The translations under genes were made by a program, and so were the position numbers. Positions 1 to 9,612 of a DNA stretch of 64,000 nt are shown one piece after another; position 1 is the stretch's first letter; each line of letters begins with the position of its first letter. The DNA comes from Segatella copri (GTDB lineage: Bacteria > Bacillota > Negativicutes > Acidaminococcales > Acidaminococcaceae): NCBI GenBank assembly GCA_963597755.1, contig CAVBQX010000001.1:40533-104532 (forward strand), in the 5' to 3' direction. The notes beneath the pieces are model-generated. The model did not search any database, had not been told where the DNA came from, and saw only the letters and a list, made by a program, of their open reading frames with translations.

Positions 1-76
1 CATAAAAATCAAACAAACCGATAATTACCATGATAATCAGCAGATAAAAAAGCACGTTCTTAAAAAATTTATTCAA
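1..76 (-). CDS. ftsH: FtsH protease, N-terminal fragment (runs off the window)
   Basis: Manual translation from TTG at 76 gives MNKFFKNVLFYLLIIMVIIGLFDFY, a typical FtsH TM1. GGAGG RBS upstream; canonical tilS-hpt-ftsH order. Confidence 0.8.
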   Translation of the reverse strand, partial: MNKFFKNVLFYLLIIMVIIGLFDFY

Positions 77-112
77 GCACGTAGCCTCCTTCCACTTAGC
101 TCATAATAAATT

Positions 113-141
113 ATTATATTATAGATAGGAAAAACTAGCAA
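113..141 (-). promoter_or_regulatory. sigmaA-type promoter for ftsH
   Basis: TTGCTA-17 bp-TATAAT on the minus strand. Confidence 0.6.
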
Positions 142-195
142 CTGTTTTATGAAATTCGCAATTTTTCAGCTTGCTTAAAAAGCTGTAGGAATTTT

Positions 196-738
196 TTATT
201 TACGTGCATATACAGAAGGCTTCAGCACACCGATAAACGGCAGATTGCGATAATCTCCTGCATAATCAAGGCCGTAGCCTACAACAAATTCATCAGGAAT
301 TTTAAAGCCCACGTAATCAGCTTCCAGCCCGTTTATACGACGCTCAGCCTTGTCGCACAATGCTGCAGTTTTGAGCGTTGCCGGCTTATAGTGACGTAAC
401 ATATCGCTTATAGCTGCGAAAGTTACGCCGCTGTCAATAATATCATCAATAACCAGTACGTCCTTTCCCTTGATGTCCTCGCTGATATCCAGCTTTACCT
501 TGACATTGCCTGTAGTGCTGGTGCCGTTACCATAGGAAGAGGCAACCATGAAATCCACACGCAGCGGCAGATCAATCGCACGGGTCAGGTCGGTGGCAAA
601 CCAGGCTGCACCCTTGAGCAGAATGATTACGACCAAATCCTTACCGGCGTAGTCAGCAGTAATTTCCTTACCCATTTCCTGTACACGTTCATCAATTTGT
701 TCCTTTGTCAGCAATACAGCTTTAATATCGTCATGCAT
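196..738 (-). CDS. hpt: Hypoxanthine phosphoribosyltransferase
   Basis: PRPP motif VLVIDDIIDSGVT, EFVVGYGLDY and YRNLP motifs; synteny. Confidence 0.97.
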   Translation of the reverse strand: MHDDIKAVLLTKEQIDERVQEMGKEITADYAGKDLVVIILLKGAAWFATDLTRAIDLPLRVDFMVASSYGNGTSTTGNVKVKLDISEDIKGKDVLVIDDIIDSGVTFAAISDMLRHYKPATLKTAALCDKAERRINGLEADYVGFKIPDEFVVGYGLDYAGDYRNLPFIGVLKPSVYARK

Positions 739-762
739 TTTCCATTCTCCTTTGGACTGAAT

Positions 763-1749
763 TTATAATGATTTTACAAAACAAAGCAATTTATTTTTTA
801 AGCAGGCTGTTATTTTTTCCGGCAGCTGCACACACTTGCCGCCTGTACGTCTCTTGCACAAAGCCTCCAGCGCCTGCGTACGCTCATAGGATAATTCTGC
901 ACCACCAAGCGCAAAGTACGCCCGCCGCAATACCCGCACCCTGAGCGCAGGTGCCAGCTGCAAAAGCGGCTCTATAGGCATACTGATGCTTGCTGCCTGC
1001 TCTTGTGCCAGCTGCTTATAGCTTTGTGCCGCCAGCTGCTCCAGGCAGTCCGCATCCTGCGCTAAAAGCTCTGCTGTACGCGCCAGGGTAGGAATAATAG
1101 CGCTGTTAAAATTTCGTTCCAGATAGGGCAAAAGCTCCAGCCGTACACGGTTACGCGTATAAGCAGTGTCAGCATTAGTGCTGTCATAGGCATAGCGAAT
1201 ACCGCAAAACCTGCAGTATTCTTCCAACATACTCTTAGGTAGTGCCAAAAGCGGCCTGATAATATCATCTGTCTGCGCACGCATACCGCTAAGGCCGTCC
1301 AGCCCTGCACCACGCAAAAGCTTAAGCAGCACCGTTTCCGCCTGGTCACCCAGATGGTGAGCGGTTACAATAGCATCAGCACCAAGCTGCGTTTTGTAGC
1401 GGCGCAGCACCGCATAACGCAAACGGCGGGCAGCATCCTCAGTAGACAGATGCTGCTTTCTAGCTATGTCCGCAGCCTGAACGTGCTCAGCATAAAACGG
1501 CAAATTATATTGCCTGCAAAAATCCTGCACCAGCTGCAGGTCGTGCAACGCTTCTTCCCCGCGCAGTCCGTGCTCAACGTGACACACGCTGTAACGCCCC
1601 CGGCCTGAGGCTGCAAGCACGCTGCACGCATGCGCCAACGCCAACGAATCAGCGCCGCCGCTCACAGCTAAAAGATAATGCCCATTACTTTGCAATCGTT
1701 TTTTTATTTCCCGCTGCAGCACAAAAACTGCCTGCGGAACCTGCTTCAT
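763..1749 (-). CDS. tilS: tRNA(Ile)-lysidine synthase (short form)
   Basis: PP-loop AVSGGADS, TAHHLGDQAET, RNRVR motifs. Confidence 0.95.
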   Translation of the reverse strand: MKQVPQAVFVLQREIKKRLQSNGHYLLAVSGGADSLALAHACSVLAASGRGRYSVCHVEHGLRGEEALHDLQLVQDFCRQYNLPFYAEHVQAADIARKQHLSTEDAARRLRYAVLRRYKTQLGADAIVTAHHLGDQAETVLLKLLRGAGLDGLSGMRAQTDDIIRPLLALPKSMLEEYCRFCGIRYAYDSTNADTAYTRNRVRLELLPYLERNFNSAIIPTLARTAELLAQDADCLEQLAAQSYKQLAQEQAASISMPIEPLLQLAPALRVRVLRRAYFALGGAELSYERTQALEALCKRRTGGKCVQLPEKITACLKNKLLCFVKSL

Positions 1750-1772
1750 AATCTGCCTCTCCTTCTGCTACG

Positions 1773-1799
1773 AAAAGAAAAGGCACTCACAGGAGTGCC
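1773..1799 (-). terminator. Intrinsic terminator after the S1 gene
   Basis: GGCACTC/GAGTGCC stem with a U-rich tail on the minus strand. Confidence 0.6.
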
Positions 1800-1821
1800 A
1801 ATTCATCATTTTACAGCTGCC

Positions 1822-2319
1822 TTATCTTTCACGTCTGGCACCACGGCCACCGCGTTTGGATTCTGTATTACGCTTCAAATCCAGCATACGGTCATCGCTG
1901 TCTTTCAAAAATTTGGATAATTTATCCTCAAACGAAACAGGTCCCATCGGTCTGGTTCCCTGAGTACGCACACCACCAACGCGGCGCTCACGGTTATCAC
2001 CCTGCGGACGCGGACCATTGTTCATACGACGTTCGCGGCTTTCACCCTGCGGACGTTGCGGACGCACTTGCTGTGCTGCCGGCGGCGGGGTCAGCTGTTT
2101 AATCGACAGACCGATTTTACCTCGCTCATCAACAGTAAGCACCTTAACCTTAACCTTGTCATGCTCCTTCAAAAAGTCATGCACATCTTTTACATATACG
2201 TTAGAAACCTCTGAAATGTGAATCAGGCCAACCTTGCCCTCCGGCAATTGGACAAAAGCGCCAAAATTTGTTATACCTGTAACTTCACCCTCTACAATTG
2301 CACCTACTTCAAGTGACAT
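1822..2319 (-). CDS. S1 RNA-binding domain protein (YabR-like)
   Basis: S1 motifs GEVTGITNFGAFV and GLIHISEV; C-terminal SFEDKLSKFLKDSDDR as in YabR-type proteins. Confidence 0.9.
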   Translation of the reverse strand: MSLEVGAIVEGEVTGITNFGAFVQLPEGKVGLIHISEVSNVYVKDVHDFLKEHDKVKVKVLTVDERGKIGLSIKQLTPPPAAQQVRPQRPQGESRERRMNNGPRPQGDNRERRVGGVRTQGTRPMGPVSFEDKLSKFLKDSDDRMLDLKRNTESKRGGRGARRER

Positions 2320-2359
2320 CGAGAAAAAAATCCCCCTTAAACATTCTTGATACTCTTGT

Positions 2360-2389
2360 ATTATACTCTTAAATTTTTCATGGTGTCAA
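2360..2389 (-). promoter_or_regulatory. sigmaA promoter for the S1 gene
   Basis: TTGACA-18 bp-TATAAT. Confidence 0.7.
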
Positions 2390-2390
2390 T

Positions 2391-2428
2391 AAAAAAGCAG
2401 AACAAAATTACATGTTTTTGTTCTGCTT
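2391..2428 (-). terminator. Intrinsic terminator after divIC
   Basis: GCAGAACAAAA/TTTTGTTCTGC stem plus U-tract. Confidence 0.7.
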
Positions 2429-2720
2429 ACTTTTTCTCATCAACAATAAATAGCGGTACCTCGTTCTTGCCCACCATGTTGTAATCCTCGCGGGCCAGCT
2501 TTTCGATGTAGCGCGGATCATCAAGGCGCTTGCGCTCTGCCTCAAGCTCGGTCTTCTGCTGCTTAAGCACCGCAATCCGTTGCTCGGTGGCAGCCTGTTC
2601 CTCTTTGATCAGGTAAATGGAATACTCCTGCTTACCAATAATGCACAGGCAGGCAGCAATTAAAACCAGCATAAAAAGCTTAAAGCCACTGGCCTTATGT
2701 CTTACGCGTCGTCTTATCAC
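2427..2720 (-). CDS. divIC: Septum formation initiator DivIC/FtsB family protein
   Basis: N-terminal TM, coiled coil, YIEKLAREDYNMV motif; synteny. Confidence 0.85.
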   Translation of the reverse strand: MIRRRVRHKASGFKLFMLVLIAACLCIIGKQEYSIYLIKEEQAATEQRIAVLKQQKTELEAERKRLDDPRYIEKLAREDYNMVGKNEVPLFIVDEKK

Positions 2721-2754
2721 ACTGCACCTCCGTTAAGCATCCCTATATCTGAAC

Positions 2755-2781
2755 AAAAAGCCCGACTACAAAAGCCGGGCT
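2755..2781 (-). terminator. Intrinsic terminator after hup
   Basis: AGCCCG/CGGGCT stem plus U-tract. Confidence 0.6.
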
Positions 2782-2796
2782 CAGCAATAACGCAGC

Positions 2797-3075
2797 TTAT
2801 TTTGCGTTTACAATGTCCTTGAAAGCCTTGCCAGCCTTAAAAGCAGGAACAGTTGCTGCAGGAATAACTACCTTCTCACCGTTTTGCGGGTTCTTACCCT
2901 CACGCTCTTTGCGGGTACGTGCTTCGAAAGTACCAAAGCCTACTACTTGTACCTTATCACCCTTTGCAACTACCTCTTTTACGGTCTCCAGGGTAGCGGT
3001 AATAGCTTTTTCAACATCTTTTTTGGTTAAGCCGGCTTTTTCTGCAACAGCGGCGATTAACTCAGTCTTGTTCAT
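2797..3075 (-). CDS. hup: DNA-binding protein HU
   Basis: MNKTELI start, GFGTFE, GKNPQNG, PAFKAGK motifs. Confidence 0.97.
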   Translation of the reverse strand: MNKTELIAAVAEKAGLTKKDVEKAITATLETVKEVVAKGDKVQVVGFGTFEARTRKEREGKNPQNGEKVVIPAATVPAFKAGKAFKDIVNAK

Positions 3076-3166
3076 TAAAAATTCCTCCTTCTTATGACTT
3101 TAGCTTTAATACAAATGCTTGCAGAGCACGTAACTGCGTAACGTAACTCAAATTTGACTAGCAATA

Positions 3167-3197
3167 GTATTCTACACTGTTAAGCTTTTTCCTGCAA
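3167..3197 (-). promoter_or_regulatory. Overlapping sigmaH-like and sigmaA-like promoter for hup
   Basis: GCAGGAAAA-11 bp-GTAGAATAC matches the sigmaH consensus; also TTGCAG-17 bp-TAGAAT. Confidence 0.55.
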
Positions 3198-3269
3198 GCC
3201 TTTTCGGAAAATATTTAGTAAACACGCCTAAATTAGTATTATTTTACTAAATTTATTGGTACAACAAGC

Positions 3270-4838
3270 TCAATGCGGCTGTTTTCTTTCCATTTCCTTA
3301 GCAGCATTCCAAAATTTGTCCAATTCTTCCAGGCTGAAGTCCTGCCAATTTTTTCCGGAGTCCGCTACCTGCTGCTCTACATAACCGAAACGGCTCGCAA
3401 AGCGGTTATTGGTTCCATTCAAAGCAACCTCCGGCTCAATCTTATAAAAGCGTGCGTAATTAACGAGTGCAAAAATAACATCACCCAGCTCGCTTTCGGC
3501 AGCAGCTGCATCGCCCTGTGCCAAAGCCTCCTGCAGCTCGCCAATTTCTTCCTCTACCTTGGCCCACACATCTTTAACATCGCTCCAGTCAAAGCCTACC
3601 TTAGCAGCCTTGCTTTGCAGCTTATAGGCACGCATAAGCGCCGGCAGTCCCTGTGCTACACCATCTAAAACATGCTTGCGTTCCTGCTTTTCCTGCTTTT
3701 TGATAGCCTCCCAATTTACCAGTACCTCGTCGCTGCCATTAACATGGGTATCACCAAACACATGCGGATGACGGCGGATAAGCTTATCTACAACGTCGTC
3801 AATAACGTCCTGCAGATCAAAGCTTCCTGCCTCCTGCGCCATACGTGCGTGAAAGACAATTTGCATCAGCACATCGCCCAGCTCTTCGCGCATACCCTTA
3901 ATATCGCCCTGGTCCACAGCTTCAAGGTATTCATACACCTCTTCTATCATATTGCTGCGGATAGACGCGTGCGTCTGCTCCCTGTCCCAGGGACAGCCAC
4001 CAGGCTCACGCAATGTACGCATAACATCAACCAGCGGCTGAATATCCACGTCATCAAAGCCGGTCTCAGGCAGAAAGTCATCTGCGCAGGACTGTTCGTC
4101 ACAAGCATCCTCGTCTTCATCATCGAATGTAATTATCCCGTTGTCAGCTACATCACCAGCTTCAGCAGTATCCATCGGTGGGATGTAGGCACTTGTCAGG
4201 TGATCTATATTAGGTTGTCTGTCCAGCTCAAACAGCTTAATCGGACGACATTCCTCATCAGGCAAGCCCAGATTGCGCAAGAAGTAAATTTCGTATTCAT
4301 CCGGCAGCACATCCATAAGCACCAGCTTCAAATCACTTGCCACCATCTGGCTATATACCTGGGTAATCATCAGCGGATGATTGCCGGCGCTGGCTGCAGC
4401 ACCAAAATCCTGCGCATCAATAATCTGCAGACCGGCAATGGGATCTATTCCAAGCTCTACATAGGCCAGGTCCAAAAAGCTCATCGACGGTTTAATCACC
4501 AGCTTCACTCCCTGCTGTTTTGCCGCACTGCGCAAAAGCACTACAGTTTTTTCTGCTACCAGCGGGCTGCCAGGTACGGCGTAGACTACGTCACCAGCTT
4601 TGGAGGCAGCCAATACACGGCTGACTATAGCTTCATAGACCTCTTCAAATGATTCCGACGCTTCGTATAAGTCATCACAGGAGGTAAAATGCACATCCTG
4701 TCTTTGTAGCTCTGCTACCGTCGGATGCACCGACGTACGCAAAATTACCTGCGCATCACCCTTCAAAAGTCCCATTGTTTCCAGCGAAAGGTTGCCCACA
4801 GCACCGGGGCCCAAACCTACAATTGTTATAGTTCCCAT
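3270..4838 (-). CDS. mazG: YabN-like tetrapyrrole-methylase/MazG nucleoside triphosphate pyrophosphohydrolase
   Basis: N-terminal VGLGPG methylase-like domain; GCPWDREQT, two ELGD motifs, KLIRRHPHVF. Confidence 0.93.
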   Translation of the reverse strand: MGTITIVGLGPGAVGNLSLETMGLLKGDAQVILRTSVHPTVAELQRQDVHFTSCDDLYEASESFEEVYEAIVSRVLAASKAGDVVYAVPGSPLVAEKTVVLLRSAAKQQGVKLVIKPSMSFLDLAYVELGIDPIAGLQIIDAQDFGAAASAGNHPLMITQVYSQMVASDLKLVLMDVLPDEYEIYFLRNLGLPDEECRPIKLFELDRQPNIDHLTSAYIPPMDTAEAGDVADNGIITFDDEDEDACDEQSCADDFLPETGFDDVDIQPLVDVMRTLREPGGCPWDREQTHASIRSNMIEEVYEYLEAVDQGDIKGMREELGDVLMQIVFHARMAQEAGSFDLQDVIDDVVDKLIRRHPHVFGDTHVNGSDEVLVNWEAIKKQEKQERKHVLDGVAQGLPALMRAYKLQSKAAKVGFDWSDVKDVWAKVEEEIGELQEALAQGDAAAAESELGDVIFALVNYARFYKIEPEVALNGTNNRFASRFGYVEQQVADSGKNWQDFSLEELDKFWNAAKEMERKQPH

Positions 4839-4839
4839 G

Positions 4840-6435
4840 TTACGCCTTCTTTCTATCTTTACCTAAAATTTTTTTTAAAAACGGCAGCTGCCCCAGCTCC
4901 TGCTTTTTAAGCAGGCCCAGAAGTGGCAAAAGCAGTGCATAAATAACAGCTGCGCCAATTAAGGACGCTACAGCTGCCATATTCTGCCCTAAGGGTGCAA
5001 GCAGACTGTGCAGCTCCCAGGCGGCAACTCCCATAAGTACGGCTGCCGTAAATATTTTTATCGTATCTATCCAGATAAACCTGATACTGAAATAATGCAG
5101 CACGGCAATGTTCAGCAATGCTGTCAGGCCAAAATTTATATTAGTGGCCCAGGCCGCACCAGCGATGCCATACTGTGCGTTTGTTAAACAATACACGCTT
5201 ATAATCTTAGCCGCTATCCCAATGAGCATGTTCAGCATAGGCAGGTTAGTATGCCCCATTCCCTGCAGCATACCTGTAGTCACCTGCTGCAGGCCCAAAA
5301 GCCAGATAGCAGGTGCGCTGTGCATAATAGCCGTTCCGGCAGCCTGAGTGCCATACAACAGCTGGCTAATAGGACATGCCAGCACCGCCATGCCAACAGA
5401 GGCAGGTACCGTCCAAAGGCAGCACAGCTTCATAGCCGTAGCTGTTTTAGTTTTTATCACCTGCTGCTGCCCCAGCGCCACCGCCTCAGAAATAGCTGGC
5501 ACCAGACTGGTTGCCAGCGACATCGTTGGTATTGTAGCCATTAATAGTAGCGGCTGCGCCATGCCTGCCAAATAGCCAAACATAGTCGTCGCCTGCGCTA
5601 CGCTCCAACCGCTTTCCGCCAGGCGGTGCGGCACCAAAAGTACATCTATGCTGCTGGTCACAGGCACTAGTACGTTAGCACATGATACAGGCAGTGCCAA
5701 AAGCAGCAGCTGCTTAATAAGCGTCCCTGTCCGCATAACGCTCTGTCCGCCTATCATTCTGCCCTCTTCCGGCAGCATATAGCTTTTGCGGTAGTAGCGG
5801 TAAAAGCAACCCAAGACTACCAAGCCCGTCAAGCTTCCGGGAACAGCGCCAAAGGCTGCCCCTGCCGCTGCATATTCCAAACCCTGCGGCAGAAGCACAT
5901 ACGCCAGAACTACCATCGTCACAACACGCACAAGCTGCTCCACAATCTGCGATACCGCAGGCGGCGTCATCAGCTGGTGACCCTGAAAATAACCACGGAA
6001 GCTGGCCAAAATACTGGCAAAGAAAATAGCCGGCGTAAGTGCCACCAGCGCATAATATGCACGTGCGTCACGAATTATTCCTGTATCAACCAACCAGCCG
6101 GCCACTGCTACCAACAGCAGTGCCAGTGCTAAGCCAACTATCGCCATCAGCCGCAGCGACACGCTAAACACCTTATTTACGTTAGCATAATCCTTCTTTG
6201 CCAAAAAGCCGGCAACCGTAATAGAAATAGCTATAGGAATTCCGGCTGCAGAAACTGCAAGCAGCAAAAGATATACAGGATAAGCCATCTGATAAAGGCC
6301 TATGCCTTCACCACCAAGCAGACGGGAAAGCAGGATACGGTTCACTGAACCGATAACCTTTACCAAAAGTCCCGCAAGTGTCAAAATCATTGCTCCACGT
6401 AAAAATTTATCACCGCTCATAGATCCTGCTTTCAC
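4840..6435 (-). CDS. YabM/SpoVB-like MOP-superfamily flippase (polysaccharide biosynthesis protein)
   Basis: GGEGIGLYQMAYP, RGYFQG, SQIVEQ motifs; many TM segments; adjacent to yabN. Confidence 0.88.
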   Translation of the reverse strand: MKAGSMSGDKFLRGAMILTLAGLLVKVIGSVNRILLSRLLGGEGIGLYQMAYPVYLLLLAVSAAGIPIAISITVAGFLAKKDYANVNKVFSVSLRLMAIVGLALALLLVAVAGWLVDTGIIRDARAYYALVALTPAIFFASILASFRGYFQGHQLMTPPAVSQIVEQLVRVVTMVVLAYVLLPQGLEYAAAGAAFGAVPGSLTGLVVLGCFYRYYRKSYMLPEEGRMIGGQSVMRTGTLIKQLLLLALPVSCANVLVPVTSSIDVLLVPHRLAESGWSVAQATTMFGYLAGMAQPLLLMATIPTMSLATSLVPAISEAVALGQQQVIKTKTATAMKLCCLWTVPASVGMAVLACPISQLLYGTQAAGTAIMHSAPAIWLLGLQQVTTGMLQGMGHTNLPMLNMLIGIAAKIISVYCLTNAQYGIAGAAWATNINFGLTALLNIAVLHYFSIRFIWIDTIKIFTAAVLMGVAAWELHSLLAPLGQNMAAVASLIGAAVIYALLLPLLGLLKKQELGQLPFLKKILGKDRKKA

Positions 6436-6510
6436 CTCCCTTTAGCTAAAATATTTTGTTTAGCGAACCCGAATTCAGTATTTTTTTGATTATCCTTAGA
6501 CCCTGGCCTT

Positions 6511-8214
6511 TTACTCCACAAAGGCAAACCTCTCCACGTCAAACATCCCCATATCAGTAATACGCAGCCTGGGGATAACAGGCAGCGCCATAAAGCTCAG
6601 GCTGATAAACGGATCAATTCCTTGCGGTACACCTTGTGCATGTGCCTGTCTGGCGATATCATCCAGGCTGTAGGCCAGCTCCTCCTGCGGAGCACTGCTC
6701 ATAAGACCGCAGATGTTGAGCGGCACAGTCCCCACAACCTGAGTTCCGCGGACAAGCGTATATCCTCCCTGTACACGCACCAGCTCCTTTGCCGCCGCAT
6801 TCATAGCTGCAGGACTAGTGCCAATAACGATGAGATTGTGGGAATCATGCGCCACCGTTGTCGCAGCAGCGCCATCACGCAGACCATAGCCACGCAAAAG
6901 GCCCAAGCCAACATTGCCTGTGCCGTGATGCCGTTCCAGTACTGCAATCATGTGCAGCTCGCCACGCGCCAGCGCCTCAGGCACCTTACTTCCCTCAATA
7001 CGACCTTTTTCGGTGAAGATTTCACCTGGCAGCATTTCAATAACAGGATAAGCCCTTTCAGGCTCAAAATGTCTTAAGCTAAAGGTGTCCTCATCAAACG
7101 GTGCCGGTCGCACACTGCCCTTAAGTACATTACCAGGCTCTACAGGCTGCACATCAGCTGCCAGCTTGAGCGCATCCTTACCCTTGTGATATACAGCCTG
7201 CGGCTTCAGGCTCTCTAGGTTATCAAAAATAACCAGGTCGGCCTGCCAGCCAGGTGCTACAGCACCCACACGGTGCAAACCATAAATACGTGCCGCATTA
7301 ATGGTGGCCATACGCAGTGCCCGCACCGGCGGCATCCCCAGCTTTATAGCCATTTTCACACAATGGCGGATGGTGCCCTCGCGGTGGATATCAGCCAAAT
7401 GCTTATCGTCTGTACAAAAGGCCATATTTCCCACATCAACGCCCTCAGCCAAAGCGCCCTTTAAGATTGCCGTGAGATTACGCGAAGCACTACCCTCGCG
7501 CACAAGCACCGCCAAGCCATTACGCAGCTTTTCAAATGCCTCCTCCCAGCTAATACTTTCGTGATCAGTATCAATGCCGCTGGCCACATAGGCTGCAAGT
7601 TCTTTGCCACTGACACAGGGAGCATGTCCGTCAATAACACGTCCCGCCTTAATAAACAGCTCAAGCTTTTTAATCACTTCGCTATAACCATTGATAACGC
7701 CAGGCACGTTCATCATTTCGCCCATGCCCCATACGCCAGGCAAATCCATCAACTCAGCCATCTCGGCAGCATCCATCACACAACCGCTATGCTCAAAGGG
7801 TGTAGCAGGCACGCAGCTTGGCAGTTCCACATAATAATTCAGCGGCATCCTACCACCTGCGTTGAGCATATAGTGAATACCATCAGCACCTGCTACGTTG
7901 GCAATTTCGTGAGGATCGGTAATAAGCGTCGTCACACCCCAGCGCAGCTCCTCATTACAATAATGCTCAGGTGTTGCCATCGAGCTTTCTACATGGCAAT
8001 GCGCATTAATCAGTCCCGGTGCAATATAAGCCCCATCTAAATCGATTACCTCGTAAGCCCTGTCGTAGCTGCCAATACCGGCAATTACGCCGTCAGCAAC
8101 AGCAACATCAGCCTTATAAACAGTTTCAGTCAGCACGTCAACAACCCTGCCGTTCTTAAAAAGAATATCAGCAGGGTCGTTGCCTAATGCGACCGCACGA
8201 ACACGGTCCAACAT
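6511..8214 (-). CDS. ade: Adenine deaminase
   Basis: HxH (AHCHVES), DPHEIANV, DGHAP, CTDD, HDSHN motifs. Confidence 0.93.
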   Translation of the reverse strand: MLDRVRAVALGNDPADILFKNGRVVDVLTETVYKADVAVADGVIAGIGSYDRAYEVIDLDGAYIAPGLINAHCHVESSMATPEHYCNEELRWGVTTLITDPHEIANVAGADGIHYMLNAGGRMPLNYYVELPSCVPATPFEHSGCVMDAAEMAELMDLPGVWGMGEMMNVPGVINGYSEVIKKLELFIKAGRVIDGHAPCVSGKELAAYVASGIDTDHESISWEEAFEKLRNGLAVLVREGSASRNLTAILKGALAEGVDVGNMAFCTDDKHLADIHREGTIRHCVKMAIKLGMPPVRALRMATINAARIYGLHRVGAVAPGWQADLVIFDNLESLKPQAVYHKGKDALKLAADVQPVEPGNVLKGSVRPAPFDEDTFSLRHFEPERAYPVIEMLPGEIFTEKGRIEGSKVPEALARGELHMIAVLERHHGTGNVGLGLLRGYGLRDGAAATTVAHDSHNLIVIGTSPAAMNAAAKELVRVQGGYTLVRGTQVVGTVPLNICGLMSSAPQEELAYSLDDIARQAHAQGVPQGIDPFISLSFMALPVIPRLRITDMGMFDVERFAFVE

Positions 8215-8232
8215 AAATTTTACCTCACAGTA

Positions 8233-9612
8233 TTATACATAAATATATTTCAGGATGAAAACTACGGCCAACACATAAACTATCCAGCTGGTCTTTTTTT
8301 GCTTGTAAGCACCAGTCAGCAGATTGAGTGCCACATAGGAGATAACACCCATAGAAATGCCCTCGGAAATGGAATACATAAACGGCATGGCCACAGCAGC
8401 CACAAAGGCAGGAATTGCTTCAGTCATATCGTTAAAATCTACGTTTAACAAACTGCTGACCATCAAGAAGCCTACGATTACAAGCGCCGGTGCCGTAGCA
8501 AAGGCAGGAATAGCTAAAAAGATAGGTGCAAAGAACAAGCTTAGGAAAAAGAGTACAGCTGCTGTAACCGCAGTCAGTCCTGTACGGCCGCCAACAGCCA
8601 CGCCTGCACTGCTTTCTACGAAGGTGGTAACGGTAGATGTACCAAGCAGAGCACCACCAGTGGTGGCAACAGCATCAGCCAAAAGTGCTCCTTCAATCTT
8701 GGGCAGCTTGCCATCCTTATCCAGCATGTCAGCCTTAGAAGCAACACCGATCAACGTTCCTAAAGTGTCGAACAAGTCAACAAACATAAAGGAAAGCATT
8801 ATAGTGATAAAGTTAAAAGTAAAAATAGCGCTAAAATCCAGCTGCATAAACGTAGGAGCCAGGCTGGGAATAGAGATGCCATTGGCAAAGCTGGGCATTA
8901 CCGAAAACATGCCAAGCTTAGGATCCGGTACGTAAATACCGGTCAGCTCACAAGCCATGCCCAAAGCCCAGGTAACCAGGATGCCGAACAAAATACCGCC
9001 AGGTACTTTTTTAGCCAGCATTACAGCAGTCAAAATAATACCTATGAGCGCCAACAAGGCACCAATACCTGTAGTCCAAAAGGTACCGTCTGCCAGGGAA
9101 GCTTTAAAGGGATATAACCCAACAAGGGTGGGACCATCAACGACAATTTTAGAATTCTGCAGACCGATAAAGGTGATAAACAGGCCAATACCGCTGGTAA
9201 CACCAAATTTCAGTGCAGGCGGAATACAATTAAACAATGCCTCGCGCACCTTAGTCAGCGACAAAATAATAAATAAAATGCCTTCGACAAAAACTGCAGC
9301 CAGAGCAACCTGCCAGCTATAGCCCATCTGGCCTACAACCGTATAAGCAAAGAAGGCATTAAGACCCATGCCTGGTGCCAACGCAAAGGGATAGTTAGAA
9401 AACAGTGCCATCAAAACGGTACCCAGACATGCACCTAAAGCGGTAGCCGTAAATACAGCACCTGCGTCCATACCAGTCGCACTCAAGATGTTAGGGTTAA
9501 CGGCCAGGATATAGGCCATGGTCATGAAGGTAGTGATGCCTGCCAGGATTTCTGTGCGGACATCCGTCTTATGTTCCTTCAGACGGAAGGTTTTTTCCAA
9601 AAAATCTGTCAT
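8233..9612 (-). CDS. NCS2/AzgA-family purine permease
   Basis: TTFMTMAYILAVNP, APGMGLNAFF, ESSAGV..GGRTGLT motifs; next to ade. Confidence 0.93.
   Translation of the reverse strand: MTDFLEKTFRLKEHKTDVRTEILAGITTFMTMAYILAVNPNILSATGMDAGAVFTATALGACLGTVLMALFSNYPFALAPGMGLNAFFAYTVVGQMGYSWQVALAAVFVEGILFIILSLTKVREALFNCIPPALKFGVTSGIGLFITFIGLQNSKIVVDGPTLVGLYPFKASLADGTFWTTGIGALLALIGIILTAVMLAKKVPGGILFGILVTWALGMACELTGIYVPDPKLGMFSVMPSFANGISIPSLAPTFMQLDFSAIFTFNFITIMLSFMFVDLFDTLGTLIGVASKADMLDKDGKLPKIEGALLADAVATTGGALLGTSTVTTFVESSAGVAVGGRTGLTAVTAAVLFFLSLFFAPIFLAIPAFATAPALVIVGFLMVSSLLNVDFNDMTEAIPAFVAAVAMPFMYSISEGISMGVISYVALNLLTGAYKQKKTSWIVYVLAVVFILKYIYV

Noticed and set aside
3672..4652. 326-aa antisense ORF over mazG (similarly 28786-29892, 37441-38235, 55164-56063, 59530-60579)
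   Set aside because: Shadow frames opposite well-supported genes, with no recognisable protein features.
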